Assembly (NCBI GenBank): GCA_963842945.1
Contig: CAWJIM010000006.1
Coordinates: 110,716-174,715, forward strand
Direction: 5' to 3'
Origin: an uncultured Gemmatimonadales bacterium
GTDB taxonomy: Bacteria; Gemmatimonadota; Gemmatimonadetes; Gemmatimonadales; GWC2-71-9
Length of the DNA: 64,000 nt
Shown here: positions 1 to 13,709 of the stretch, in pieces
Layout: the number at the start of each line of letters is the position of its first letter
Position numbering within the stretch: position 1 is the stretch's first letter
The notes under the pieces: model-generated
What the model was told of the DNA's origin: nothing
The model's database searches: none
What the model saw: the letters and a program-made list of their open reading frames with translations, nothing else
Position numbers and translations under genes: made by a program

Positions 1-418
1 GGAACAAGGCCATGTCAGCGCCCCATTCCAAGCCGAACAGCGTCGGTACTTTGACCGCCAGTGCGGCGAGTGCCGCCAGCGCCAGGGTGACGGCCGTCTC
101 GGTCTGCACCTCGGCACCGGGCCCGACCGTTGCGGCAGAGGACATCACCAGCTGCTTCCAGAGCCGCTCCGAGTGCTCGCGGGCGAACTCGTTGGAGATG
201 GCGTCCAGCGCACCCATCCGCTTTACCGCCACGAGGAACGCCTCGTTCTCGGACAGGCCGGCGCCACACAGGGCCGTCACCTCCCCCCGGAGGTGATCCT
301 CCAGCTCCTCCACGTCAACCGGGCGGATGGCCTGCCGGCGGCGAAGGTAGCTCCGCCACTGTTCGATCTGTCCTTCGAGCGAGTCGCTCGACCGGGCTTC
401 TCTGGCCGGCTCAGCCAT
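1..418 (-). CDS. permease-prefix domain 1-containing membrane protein, partial (runs off left edge)
   Basis: Manual translation from ATG at 418: MAEPAREARSSDSLEGQIEQWRSYLRRRQAIRPVDVEELEDHLRGEVTALCGAGLSENEAFLVAVKRMG..., then a hydrophobic segment; overlaps the PadR 3' end; absent from the ORF track because no stop lies in the window. Confidence 0.8.
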   Translation of the reverse strand, partial: MAEPAREARSSDSLEGQIEQWRSYLRRRQAIRPVDVEELEDHLRGEVTALCGAGLSENEAFLVAVKRMGALDAISNEFAREHSERLWKQLVMSSAATVGPGAEVQTETAVTLALAALAALAVKVPTLFGLEWGADMALF

Positions 419-785
419 GGGACGGCCGTGGTGACAGGGCCGACCGCGCCGGAAGCGAGACCGTGCGCCAGATGTTCCGCAGCGCGGAGTCCACCATCTG
501 CCACTGCTGGCGCTGGTCCGCCAGCTGTGCCTTGCCCTGTGCCGTGAGGTGGTAGTACTTGCGCTTTCGGCCGGTCTCAGAGGTGTCCCATTTGCCCCTG
601 ATATGACCCTGCCGCTCGAGGCGGTGGAGCACTGGGTACAGCATTCCGTCGGTCCATTGTAGATCTCCGCCGGAAAGCTCGTTTACCCGCTTGAGGATGG
701 CGTAGCCGTAGGAGTCGCCCTCGGCCAGGATAGCGAGGACCAAAGGTGTGGCGGAAGCGGCGACAAGATCCTTGTTGATGTCCAT
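411..785 (-). CDS. PadR-family transcriptional regulator
   Basis: MDINKDLVAASATPLVLAILAEGDSYGYAI...GMLYPVLHRLE...RKRKYYHLT; start taken at ATG 785. Confidence 0.92.
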   Translation of the reverse strand: MDINKDLVAASATPLVLAILAEGDSYGYAILKRVNELSGGDLQWTDGMLYPVLHRLERQGHIRGKWDTSETGRKRKYYHLTAQGKAQLADQRQQWQMVDSALRNIWRTVSLPARSALSPRPSHG

Positions 786-825
786 GGTTTTCTTCATGCA
801 TGGGTCGTCAGTACCTAGTTGTACT

Positions 826-846
826 ATACATTGTTCTTCTATGTAT
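826..846. promoter_or_regulatory. candidate PadR operator (ATACAT-N9-ATGTAT inverted repeat)
   Basis: Inverted repeat in the AT-rich divergent intergenic region upstream of padR; a 12-bp palindrome GACTAGCTAGTC also lies at 876-887. Confidence 0.45.
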
Positions 847-917
847 GTCGAGGCAGACGGGGAGAAGAACATCCTGACTAGCTAGTCCAATCAAGCCGTC
901 TCATTTTTGCAGTACCA

Positions 918-3901
918 ATGGGTGCCAGCTTGCCAGATTCCCTCGGCTCAGTTCAGGCAGCCCTCGGCGACCGCTATCGCTTGGAGCGCGAGCTGGGCCG
1001 CGGTGGGATGGCCATCGTTTACCTCGCCCGCGATCTGAAGCATGATCGCCTGGTCGCTCTCAAGCTCCTGCGCCATGAGCTCGGGGTCGCACTCGGCCCT
1101 GAGCGCTTTCTCCGGGAAATTGCCGTCACAGCCGGTCTGCAGCATCCACATATCCTTCCATTGCTTGATTCGGGAACGCTGCAGGCTGGCGGATCTCCCT
1201 ATTATGTCATGCCCTACGTCCAGGGCGAGTCACTTCGCGACCAGCTCGAACGTGAGCGGCAACTTCCGATAGACCAGGCCCTGCACATCACCCGGGATGT
1301 GGCGGCCGCACTGGGCTATGCCCACGCAACACGGCGTAGTGCATCGCGACATCAAGCCCGAGAACATCCTGCTGTCCGGCGGCCAGGCGGTCGTGGCGGA
1401 CTTCGGTATCGCACGAGCGCTTTCCGCCGCGGGCGCCGAGCGGCTGACGGAGACCGGGCTCGCGCTGGGCACACCGCACTATATGAGTCCCGAGCAGGCA
1501 GCCGGCGAGGCTCGCGTAGACGGCCGTGCGGACATCTACGCCCTCGGGTGCGTTCTGTACGAGATGCTCGCCGGAGAGCCGCCCTATACCGGGCCAACCG
1601 CCCAGGCGATCATCGCCAAACGCATGCTGGAGCCGGTACCCCGGATACGAACCGTCAGGGAGAGCGTTCCTCAGGAGCTGGAGCGTGCCATCATCCGGTC
1701 GCTGGCCAAGACGCCGGCCGACCGGTTCGGCACCGCGCAAGAGTTCGCGGACGCTCTCTCCCAAACGACGGGCAGCGCGCTGGTGCCTGGCTCGAGTGGT
1801 ATGGGCCGTCGCTGGCGAACCGCGGGAATGCTGGTCGCCGTTCTGGCCGCGGCCGGTCTTGTCCTTCGTCTCTGGTCGGGGCGATCCAGAGCGGGCGTCA
1901 GTCCTTCAGCGTCACGCATCGCAGTCCTGCCATTCACGCCGAGCGGGTCCGATACCGGGCTTTCCCGGTTGGGGCGCGACCTGGTGTTTACGCTGAGCGC
2001 AGAGCTGGACGGCCTGGGCGCCATCCGTGTGGTGGACGCCCACACCGTGCTTGCCCATTCGAAACAGGACGGCCTCTCCTCTCCCGCCGAAGGAGCGGCG
2101 CTGGCCCGCCGGTTCGGCGCGGGCAGCATCGTGCATGGCAGTCTCGTGCGAGAAGGCGCCGATGTGCGCCTGGACTTCGTGCTGCGCTCGACCGACAGCA
2201 GCGCCACCCCACTGGCTCGCGCATCGGTCTCCGGAGCATCCGATTCAGTCGCTGCGCTCACCGACTCCGCCGTCCACGTTCTCCTGCGACAGATCTGGAC
2301 TCGGGGATCTGCCCCTACTCCTAGCCTCGAGGCGGCACTCAAGACCCGCTCGGTTCCGGCGTTGCGCGCATTCCTGGAAGGGGAACGACAGATCGTCGGC
2401 GGTCGGTGGGACAGCGCATCGGCCTCATACGGTCGCGCCAGGGAAGCGGATCCAGCCTTCTGGCTGGCCTACGCCCGGCAGGACTATGCCCTGCACTGGT
2501 CAGTAAGACCACCGCTGGAAATGCTGATCGACTCACTCCAGCGCCATCGGTTCGAGCTGCCGGAATCCGAGCGTCTTTTGGCCGAGGCGATCATGCTCTG
2601 GTCGCGCGATAGCGTCGCCCTCGCCCTCGACCGTGCCCACCAACTCACTGAGCGAGATCCCAAGCTCGTGGTTCGGGTGGCTGAACTACGCCGACCAGCT
2701 GTTGCACAACGGCCCGCTGCTGGGCCGCTCGCGAGCCGAGGCCTGGTCTGGATTCCAGCGGGCTCTCGAGCTCAATCCGAACCTGATCCCGGTGCACGAA
2801 CACCTGATGCTGTTGGCGCTCGAGGACAGAGACACGGCTGCGGCCGGCCGGGGCCTGCGGGAGCTGAGCCGGCTCGACGCCGGCCCAAGCCTTACGGCCG
2901 ACGGCTACGGCAACAGAATGCTGCAGTTTCGCTTTCTCGCTGCAATTGAGCGGGGCGATAGCCTGCTCACTCGGGTTTTGGCCGACAGCATTGCCCAAGA
3001 CCCCGAGCCGGCAGCTGTGCCGGATGGGAGCTTTTACGACGCGTATCGCCATGGCCTGCCGGCGGAGCAGATTCAGGTCAGCGGGAAGGTGGTCCGGTCA
3101 CGGGCACGGCCGGCTCGCCGAGCAACACATGGTAGACTGCTGGCACTCTCGTGGGTGCAGCGGGGGGCGTGGGATTCGGCGTTGGTCGCCATGGACCATT
3201 TGGTGGCCAGCGAAACCGATTCGGCTGCGGCCCTCGAGTCGTATGGGTTGGCGGTCGTGGGGGCATGGCTCGGAGCCGTAGAGCAACGTGAAGCCGAGGT
3301 GCGGCGCCAGGCTGCGGTGACGCTGGCCGGAGCGGACGACACGGACCGCGCAGAAGTGGCCTGGCTCGACGGCTTGGCAGCGGCGGGTCGGCGCGACCGG
3401 CGTGCGCTAGCCGGGGCGCGTGCAGCACTTCGTGCGAGTGGAGACTCCAGCGCCAACGCGCTCGATCGCTCCCTCGCCGCCTTTGAGGCCGCGCTCACCG
3501 GAAACCCAAGGGCCGCCGGAAGGTCGATGGCGGACCTCGAATCGCAGGAGGCGGCGCTTTCCGCTCCGGATTTCACGCGCCATCCCTACACGATAGGCGT
3601 TGATCGATTGGCTGCCGGCCGATGGCTGGCGGCTTCGGGCGATTCCGAAAGGGCTCTTCGGCTGCTGACCTGGGTGGACGGCCCCTATTTCATTCATCCC
3701 AGTACGGTATACAGCCTGATGCTGACGCCTTTAGTCGACCTCGAGCGCGGCCGGATTGAGGAGCAGAGCGGACGCGCCGGTTCGGCCAGGAACTACTATC
3801 GCGAATTTCTGAGGCGCTATGACCGGCCAGTAATCGGCCATCGGCGACTCGTGGAGGAAGCGAGGAACGCCGTTGTCCGGCTGATGGACCGAGGCGATTA
3901 G
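918..3901 (+). CDS. Ser/Thr protein kinase K1 (kinase-TM-TolB_N-like-TPR), two frameshifts (~1325, ~2660)
   Basis: GRGGMA, VALK, HRDIKPEN, DFG, GTPHYMSPEQ across ORFs 918, 1297 and 2633; TM helix, then IAVLPF module and TPR-like helices. Confidence 0.88.
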
Positions 3902-3902
3902 G
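3840..3902 (+). repeat. 63-bp direct repeat copy 1 (3' end of K1)
   Basis: 60/63 identical to 10283-10345. Confidence 0.92.
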
Positions 3903-3904
3903 TC

Positions 3905-6886
3905 CTACCGCTCTTCCGCCGTCTCCCCCACCAGCCGGGCCAGCTCCTCCCGCACTTGCTTGACGACCCGCTGCACCCGAGGCTCCGGCCGATTCACCAG
4001 AGCCAAGTAGTGGGTGTATGCCCGCACGGCCGCTTCCCGCTCCCCGGCGGCCGCGGCCAGCCGGCCTTCCGTGCGCAAGCGAGTTGCCAGATAGGATGCG
4101 CCGCCAGGGTCGTCATATTCGAAGCGCCTCACTGCTTCGAGTGCCCGCGGCACGTCGCCCGCGGCTTCCCATAGCCGGGTCAGCACCACGTTTAGGGGTG
4201 CGGTAGCAAACCAGCCCAGTCCCACCAGTGAGTCCGCTCGGGCGATGACCGGCCGGGTGTCCGATCGACCCCGACCGACGGCCACCGACGCCTCGATCAC
4301 GCTGGCGCAGACCTCGCTTGGAGCCCACGCAGGGACCACTTCTTCCGGGATGCCCGGCTCCCGCATCCGCGCCAATGCCCGCCGTGCGACCCCCCACTCG
4401 CTCCGCTCGGCGTACCAGAGCCCAAGCACACACAGATCGGTATTCAGCTCCGCGCGACCGATCGAGCTGCGCGCCGGCGGTCCGGTTATGGCTGGTAGGA
4501 GGCGTCGCACCGCGTTGACTGCGCTGGCACTGTCACCCTCAGCGAGAAGCGCATTCAACACGTGATTCCAGAGCACGTCGTGCGTCGTGCCGAATCCGGC
4601 GAGCGCCTCGACGTCCTCACGTGCAAGGCTCGGACGCCCCTGGTTGAGTGCCGAACCGACTAGAGTCCAGTGGGCCCCTTCGGGATCGGCCGTCCTTTGG
4701 CCGACGGCCCGGCGCAGCGCGTCCGACGCCGGCTCCACGTCCTCTTCGCCGATCCCGCTCAGCTGCGCAAACGTCACGATGCGGGTGAGACTTCGGACGT
4801 TCGTCCGATCGAATCCGCGCCGCATCTGTGCCCGCGCCGAGTCGCTCCCCAGCACCGCGGTCAGCCGCCAGCGCACGAAATCGGAGAGCTCGGCCTCGGG
4901 GTAGCGGGCGAGGTAGAGGTCCCCCAGTCGGCGAACCTCTGCGGTGTCGCCATTCAGTACAGCGATCTCGACCAGATGGTCGAGCGGGGCCGCGAAGCTG
5001 GAGTCGAGCTCGAGGGCTCGGCGAAATGCGGCCGCTGAGCGCTGAAGCGGCCACCCGCCACCGGCGAGCGGTACCCGATGCAAGAGAACATCCGCCAGCT
5101 GATACCAGGTCTCGGGCGAGTCCCGCAACACGTCGGCTGCCCGCTCCCAACCGGCCAGCTGCTCCACAAAGGGGTAGGGGGCGGGATACCGCGGACCGGC
5201 GAAGGCAGCGAGGAGTACGCGGTCGCGGGGGCTGAGGCGATCCCGCCTACTGGTGGCGACGCGGAGCGCGCGATTGAATGTCTCCGGGGCCTCCCAGGTA
5301 CCGGCAAGCACCAACCCTAGCGCTGCGAGAGCAAAGGTCGAATCCTGTTCCAGCGCCCGGTCGAACCACTCGACTGCTTCACCGTAGCCTCCTCGCCGGT
5401 ATGCCGCTTGGCCCTGGAGGTAGGCTCGAAGCGCCGGAAGCGAAGTGCTGGTGAGCTCGGCCACTCGTCCGGTTGCCACGCCGGCCTCGCGCGCGAGAAG
5501 CTGGCTGGCGAGCCGGTCGATCAGGACCCCCAGACTGTCGGATTTCCCCGCAACGCTCGCAGCCGCGCGGGCGCCTCCACCCGGCACCTCCAGCAGCGAC
5601 GCGTTGATCACCAGCCGGTCTTGGGTGCCGACGATCCCGCCGAGCAGGAGCCGGCCGGCGCCGAGCTGGCGCGCAAGAAGCAGGGCTGAGTCCTGTGGCA
5701 GATCATCGTGCTCGTCCCCAACCTGGCGGCGCCAGATGCTCATGACGGAGCGGGCGTCTGTCGCCCGAGGCCCGCCATCTCCGGTGAGCTGGGCACCGAG
5801 CAGGTCCAGCATCCCCTCGCGCAGGTAGGCGAGTGATGCGTCGGCCCCCGCAATCCGGAAAGGCACCACGGCGACCAGATTGGGATCGAGCGGCTTTGCA
5901 CCTGTGGCCCGGGGCCAGAACAGCACCAGTCCGGCGAGCAGGAGCACCCCTACACCGATCGCAGCCTTCGATAACTCGCGACTCGAGACCCGCGACTTTC
6001 CCGCGAGTCGCGACTTCCCCGCCGGCTCGGGGGCGACGAGTGGCACAGCCTTCGTGGTCGAGATCGACTCCAGTTTGCCCAGCAGCGCCGCAGCTGTCGG
6101 CGGCCGATCGGCGGGATTCTTCTCCAGGCAGCGCATCACCAGCGCGGCAAGGTGGGGTGACACCGAAGGTCGCCGCTTCGAGATCGGCTCCGGCGTTGCG
6201 GTGGCGTGAGCGGCGAGCAACGCGTAGTGCGGCCTCCCTGTGAAGGGCGGGTCGCCGGCCAACATCTCGTAGAGGACGCAGCCGAGGGCGTACACATCGG
6301 TCCGGCCATCCACCGCGCTCCCGGTGGCTTGCTCGGGGCTCATGTATGCGGGTGTACCCAGCGCGAGTCCGGTCTCGGTCAACTCTTCCGCGCCGAGCGT
6401 GAGTGCTTTGGCCACCCCGAAATCCGCCACCCGCGCCTGGCCCTCACTGAGCAGGATGTTCTCCGGCTTGAGGTCCCGGTGCACGACGCCTTCGCGGTGG
6501 GCGTAGTCGAGGGCCGACGCCACTTGGCGGGTGATCTCCAGTGCCAGCTCCACCGGCAACTGGGTCTCGTGCCGCAATCGGTCGCGCAGCGACTCGCCGC
6601 GCACATACGGCATCGTGTACCAGAGCTGGCCCGCGGCGCTGCCGGAATCGAGAACGGGGAGGATGTGCGGGTGATCCAGTCGGGCGGTCAGGCGGATCTC
6701 GCGTTGGAACCGCTCGGGGCCGAGCGTCGCCGCAATTTCCGGGTGCAGCACCTTGAGCGCGACGGGTCGGTCGTGCTTGAGGTCGCGCGCCAGGTACACG
6801 GTCGCCATGCCACCGCGGCCGAGCTCGCCCTCGATCTCGTAGTGATCACGGAGTGCGTCGGCCACTGCGGAATTGCCTGCGGCCAC
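3905..6886 (-). CDS. Ser/Thr protein kinase K2 (kinase-TM-TolB_N-like-TPR)
   Basis: Intact 993-aa ORF; GRGGMA, HRDLKPEN, DFG, GTPAYMSPEQ, TM, VAVVPF, TSTSLPALRAYLQG. Confidence 0.93.
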   Translation of the reverse strand: MAAGNSAVADALRDHYEIEGELGRGGMATVYLARDLKHDRPVALKVLHPEIAATLGPERFQREIRLTARLDHPHILPVLDSGSAAGQLWYTMPYVRGESLRDRLRHETQLPVELALEITRQVASALDYAHREGVVHRDLKPENILLSEGQARVADFGVAKALTLGAEELTETGLALGTPAYMSPEQATGSAVDGRTDVYALGCVLYEMLAGDPPFTGRPHYALLAAHATATPEPISKRRPSVSPHLAALVMRCLEKNPADRPPTAAALLGKLESISTTKAVPLVAPEPAGKSRLAGKSRVSSRELSKAAIGVGVLLLAGLVLFWPRATGAKPLDPNLVAVVPFRIAGADASLAYLREGMLDLLGAQLTGDGGPRATDARSVMSIWRRQVGDEHDDLPQDSALLLARQLGAGRLLLGGIVGTQDRLVINASLLEVPGGGARAAASVAGKSDSLGVLIDRLASQLLAREAGVATGRVAELTSTSLPALRAYLQGQAAYRRGGYGEAVEWFDRALEQDSTFALAALGLVLAGTWEAPETFNRALRVATSRRDRLSPRDRVLLAAFAGPRYPAPYPFVEQLAGWERAADVLRDSPETWYQLADVLLHRVPLAGGGWPLQRSAAAFRRALELDSSFAAPLDHLVEIAVLNGDTAEVRRLGDLYLARYPEAELSDFVRWRLTAVLGSDSARAQMRRGFDRTNVRSLTRIVTFAQLSGIGEEDVEPASDALRRAVGQRTADPEGAHWTLVGSALNQGRPSLAREDVEALAGFGTTHDVLWNHVLNALLAEGDSASAVNAVRRLLPAITGPPARSSIGRAELNTDLCVLGLWYAERSEWGVARRALARMREPGIPEEVVPAWAPSEVCASVIEASVAVGRGRSDTRPVIARADSLVGLGWFATAPLNVVLTRLWEAAGDVPRALEAVRRFEYDDPGGASYLATRLRTEGRLAAAAGEREAAVRAYTHYLALVNRPEPRVQRVVKQVREELARLVGETAEER

Positions 6887-7024
6887 GGGAATTGCCGGAT
6901 GGGGAAGGGCTTGAATCTGACCCGAGGAGCGGGGGAATGCCAGGCGATACGCCCTCCCGCTCGGCTAGGGCCAGCCAGCTCGAAGGGTTCGGCTGGTCAA
7001 TACTTGAACCAGTCCCACAGCAAC

Positions 7025-9568
<2,544 letters not shown>

Positions 9569-9593
9569 CCCCAGTGCTGATGAAAGGAGGGTG

Positions 9594-10154
9594 TCAAGGC
9601 TCCTGCATGGCGCGATGCAGCAGCAGTCGGGCCTTGCGCCAGTCCCGCTGCACCGTACGCTCCGACACTCGCCGCAGCTCGGCCACCTCGGCGAACGAAA
9701 AGCCGCAGAAGAAGTGCAGGTCCACCAGTTGGGCCAGCCCGGGATCCGCTCCGGCGAGCGTGTCGAGCGCGCTACCGAGCTGCTCGAGGTTGTCAGAGGG
9801 AGCTCCGTCGAGGGCCGCCACTTCCGCGCCCGACGAAGTGATGTAGAACTCGCCACCCCGCTTCTTGGCCCGGCGGCTGCGGGCGTAGTCGATCATCAGT
9901 CCCCGCATCGCCCGGGCCGCATAAGTCAGGAACTGCGGCCGGCTGGCAAAGTGGACTCCTTCTCGCTCGGCGATGTTGAGGTAGGCTTCGTGCAGGAGGG
10001 TGGTCGTGCCGAGGGTGAGCTCGGCGCCGCTGCGATGAAGCTCGCGCTCGGCGATCGCGTGCAGCTCGCGATAGAGTACCGCGAACAGCGCGCTCGCCGC
10101 CGCTCCGTCACCGGTTTCGGCAGTGGAGATGAGCTGGCCGATGGGCGCGTCCAT
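9594..10154 (-). CDS. ECF sigma factor, kinase-associated type (TIGR02999/ECF43-like)
   Basis: LYRELHAIA, TLGTTTLLHEAYL, AARAMR..IDYARSRRAKKRGG, VSERTVQRDWRKAR. Confidence 0.93.
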   Translation of the reverse strand: MDAPIGQLISTAETGDGAAASALFAVLYRELHAIAERELHRSGAELTLGTTTLLHEAYLNIAEREGVHFASRPQFLTYAARAMRGLMIDYARSRRAKKRGGEFYITSSGAEVAALDGAPSDNLEQLGSALDTLAGADPGLAQLVDLHFFCGFSFAEVAELRRVSERTVQRDWRKARLLLHRAMQEP

Positions 10155-10186
10155 GCCCGCTTGCTCCCCGAACCACGATTGTGTCC

Positions 10187-10219
10187 GGAGAACTTACGGT
10201 TCTCCCGCGAGAGCGTCAA
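10187..10219 (-). promoter_or_regulatory. sigma70-like promoter of the ECF gene (TTGACG-N17-TAAGTT) overlapped by inverted repeat GGAGAAC-N5-GTTCTCC
   Basis: -35 at 10214-10219 and -10 at 10191-10196 on the minus strand; inverted repeat at 10187-10205. Confidence 0.55.
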
Positions 10220-10282
10220 ACAGGCTGCACTACGCAGTCGACACCGGTAACGGATCGCGGTCGCGAGAATGGCCTCTGTGGT

Positions 10283-10345
10283 ATCGGCGACTCGTGGAGG
10301 AAGCGAGGAACGCAGTTGTCCGGCTGACAGACCGAGGCGATTAGG
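10283..10345 (+). repeat. 63-bp direct repeat copy 2 (orphan copy of K1 3' end)
   Basis: Encodes RRLVEEARNAVVRLTDRGD* versus K1 RRLVEEARNAVVRLMDRGD*. Confidence 0.92.
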
Positions 10346-10347
10346 GC

Positions 10348-11074
10348 TTACGCTATGTCAGCCCCTACCTCGCCCGCGTTTTTAGCAGCTTCGGCAATGA
10401 GATCGACTACGGCTTCAGGGCGGGAAACGTAGACTGCGTGACTGCCGGGCACTTCCACGACGGTCGAACCAGCGCGCTGGGACATGGCGCGCTGTGCCGG
10501 CGGAGGTATCATGCGATCGTCCTTAGCGACCAAATACCAGCTTGGCTTGGACTTCCAGGCCGGCTCGCTGATCGCGCCCTGAAGCGCCTCTAACCCCCAC
10601 GGCACTTGAGCGTCGGCCATGAACGCGGCGAGCTCGGGGTCGACATCGGCAGCGAAGGAAGCAGCGAACTTCGCCTTGTCGAGTAGAAGGAAACCGTCTC
10701 GAGGTGGCAGGATAGGAGGCACCGGTGCTCCAGCCGGCGGGTCCTTGATCAACGAAGCCACCGACTCGCCAGCGTCCGGCGCGAACGCGGCAATGTAGAC
10801 CAGTCCTGCGACGCTGGGATCATTGCCGGCTTCCGTTACGACCACTCCACCGTACGAATGGCCAACCAGGATGACGGGGCCCTTCTGCTGCGACAGCACC
10901 CACCGGGTCGCCCTGACGTCGTCCGCCAGGGATGTAGTCGGATTCTGAACTATGCTGACGGTGAACCCTTGCTGAGCGCAGTTGCCGGTAAACTCCTTCC
11001 CAACCGGACCCGTCCACGAACCCTCCGTGAACCAGCACGATGTTCCTGATGGTACCGGCAGCTTGATCCGACAT
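10348..11074 (-). CDS. alpha/beta hydrolase (Abhydrolase_6), frameshifted near 10970-11000
   Basis: NIVLVHGGFVDGSGW, VILVGHSYGG nucleophile elbow, DRMIPP, GSHA. Confidence 0.88.
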
Positions 11075-11138
11075 AGATGAACCTCACAAAAGGATGGCGA
11101 CGGCCTACCGGCCGCCGCCCTGCGCGCAATAGCCGGTG

Positions 11139-11670
11139 CTAGTCCTCTTTGATGTCTACTTCAATGATCTCAGGAGTTCCCTGCCCACCCATCCCCAGGG
11201 TATGCTCCATCTCCGAGACGTTCGGCTTCGGCGAAATGAGGAGCACCGCGGATTCGCCGGGGTTCAACATGCCCGACCACCTTCTTTAAGTCCTTCTCCG
11301 ACAAGCGGCTGGCGGGCCCGCTCTTGGGCGCGTAGGCCTTCGCCGAATCTTCCGCATTCGCCGGCAACGCGCTCAGCCTTGCGATTGAGGTGTCGATGGT
11401 CTCGCTGGCTACCATTGCCCTGTCGGAGCCGCCGGCCTTATTGTGCCGCTGCGTGACCTCCACCTTGCCGGTCTTGTCCTTAACGAGGACGGCGTAGGCT
11501 TCGACCAAGTCATAGGTCTTCTTGTTCATGTTCCGCATTATGGTCGCCGCCGACCCTGGGTCTCCCCAGACGGCGTAGACCATCTTGAGGTCTTGGGCCA
11601 GTACCGCACGGGGGCCGGCGACCAGCATAAACGCGGTAAGTGACAGGTACCACGCGCGATAGGTTCTCAT
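11139..11670 (-). CDS. secreted hypothetical protein, DUF1269-like; frameshift near 11270
   Basis: GGAGG RBS, signal peptide, AVLVKDKTGKVEVTQ; shifted frame gives MLNPGESAVLLISP...EVDIKED*. Confidence 0.6.
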
Positions 11671-11773
11671 GCCCTCCTCCAAAGACTCAGTTGAAATGGG
11701 AGACCGAGTGGCCGGCTCACCCAATCTAGGGAGAAGGAGCTGGTCCGGCACCTCGATGTTAGTGTAGGTCCAA

Positions 11774-13105
11774 TTACCGAAACCGCGCTGACTCGAACTC
11801 CTTGGTGAGCCGATGCGGGGGGGCTTTCGGTAGCAACAGCGCTCCGACAAACGTCACCGCAGCGGCTCCGGTCAGATACAGCGCCGGCGCTAGGGGCAGC
11901 CCACTCCGGGAGACCATCCAGGCCGCGACCAGCGGAGTGGTCCCCCCGAGCACCGCCATCCCGATGTTGTACGCGACCGAAAGCACGGTGCAGCGCACCC
12001 GCCAGGGCGCCAGCTCGGCCATGGTGGCGGGCAACAGCCCGGCGTTTCCCGAAACCAGCAGGGCCAGCCCGGTTTGGCCCACGAGCATTCCGCCTGTCTT
12101 GCCCTGCGCCATGAGCACCATGAGCGGATACGCCAGCAGCGTAAACGCTGCGGCCGTCAGCAGGAATACGGGGCGCCGCCCCCATCGATCGCTTGCCAGC
12201 CCCGACAGGGGAAGCGCGAAAAGCGATAGTGCCATGGCCAGAGTGTTGATCTCGAGCGCGGTGCTGGACGGCACCCCGGTAACCTGGTGCAGCCAGGTAG
12301 GCGCGTACACGAAGGTGGTGTAGAAGCCGACGCTGATGGCGGAGACCAGCGCGACGAGGTGCAGCATCGTCCGCCAGTGGCTCCGGAACGCTTCGCCCAG
12401 AGGCGACTTGGCCGGCGCCTGGTGGGGCACCCGTTCGATGTAATGCCTTCGGATCGCGAGTCCCCCCAGCCCGACGCCGAGTCCGAGGATGAACGGGATG
12501 CGCCAGCCGTACGCCATCACCGCTGCGGGCGACATGGTGGCATTCACGATCGCGCCGGCCGCCGAGCCCAGCAGAACCCCTGTCGTCGCGCCGATCGGGC
12601 CCCAGCTTCCCATCCATCCCCGTCGCCCTGGATCGGCGCCCTCGACCAGGAACACGGCCGAGGCCATGTACTCGCCACCCACGGCGAGGCCCTGGAGAAG
12701 CCGGAACACCAGGAGCAGGATGGGCGCCGCGAGCCCGATGGTCGTCGTGCTCGGCAGGACTCCGATCAGGAAGGAAGGGATCGCCATAGCCAATACCGAC
12801 CAGATCAGCGCCTGCTTGCGGCCGTACCGGTCGCCGACCAAGCCAAACAGGGCCCCACCAACGGGTCGCATGAAAAACCCGGCGGCAAAGGTGCCGAAGG
12901 CAGCGAGGAGGGAAGCGGTGGGGTTATCGGCCGGGAAGAAGTGAGCCCCAATCTGCTGGGCGAAGAAACCGAAGAGAGCGAAGTCGTACCACTCGAGGAT
13001 GTTGCCCACGACCCCTGCGATGACTCCCCGGCGGACTGCGAGGGGGGTGCGGAACTCCTGCGTGATCACATCGGGCGGAGTGATCGAGGGTTCGATGACA
13101 GTCAT
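11774..13105 (-). CDS. MFS transporter, MHS (ProP-like) family
   Basis: GNILEWYDF, RPVGGALFG..GDRYGRK, RLLQGLAVGGEY, WRIPF. Confidence 0.93.
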   Translation of the reverse strand: MTVIEPSITPPDVITQEFRTPLAVRRGVIAGVVGNILEWYDFALFGFFAQQIGAHFFPADNPTASLLAAFGTFAAGFFMRPVGGALFGLVGDRYGRKQALIWSVLAMAIPSFLIGVLPSTTTIGLAAPILLLVFRLLQGLAVGGEYMASAVFLVEGADPGRRGWMGSWGPIGATTGVLLGSAAGAIVNATMSPAAVMAYGWRIPFILGLGVGLGGLAIRRHYIERVPHQAPAKSPLGEAFRSHWRTMLHLVALVSAISVGFYTTFVYAPTWLHQVTGVPSSTALEINTLAMALSLFALPLSGLASDRWGRRPVFLLTAAAFTLLAYPLMVLMAQGKTGGMLVGQTGLALLVSGNAGLLPATMAELAPWRVRCTVLSVAYNIGMAVLGGTTPLVAAWMVSRSGLPLAPALYLTGAAAVTFVGALLLPKAPPHRLTKEFESARFR

Positions 13106-13709
13106 GGCTACGGTCCCGCGAGGATGAAGGAGAACTGAGCGACCGCCTCGCTCGTACCAAAGTCCAGTATCTGACCCTCAGTCTCGCCACCATCTTGCTT
13201 TTTCGCCAGGATGTTCAGGCTTCGGCCTGCGGTTAGTCTCGATCACCAGAATGTGATACGTGAACGCCCCGCCTTCTTGAGACCAGGCTACCAAGAGCAT
13301 CAGCGCAGATCCAGCGAATGGTCCAGCGGGTGCGGGATCGTCACATAGAGCCGGGCCGTCGTGGCGGCCCCACATAGCCATGATGTGCAATCATTCTTAA
13401 GGAGACGGAGCAATGGCCGGGAGAAGCGCAGCGCCAGGGCCGGCTGAGCCTAAGGTGGCCAACAGTCGCCAACATCGGAGGAAGCCCGAGAACGGGTCTG
13501 AGACCACGGCGAACCACAGGAAAACCGAGAAGGACGTCGATAAGCTGATCCACTGTCTGGCCGAATGGACTGAGGATGTGCGAACAGCACGCTCCGCCGC
13601 CCCAGAAGCACCCCTGCGCAAAAGGCATCCCCCCTCCCACGGGCGAAGGGTTGTCCCTACCGTGTCACTGGCTCGGTTCTATCCGCGGGGGGATCCCCTC
13701 ACTCAATCC

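Noticed and set aside
1297..3901. Programmed frameshifting in kinase genes
   Set aside because: Shifts fall at scattered positions with no shared slippery motif, and paralogs K2, K5 and K6 are intact
10240..10350. Integron attC site after the hydrolase stop
   Set aside because: Only a near match to RYYYAAC, no GTTRRRY partner or attC hairpin, genes on both strands, no intI
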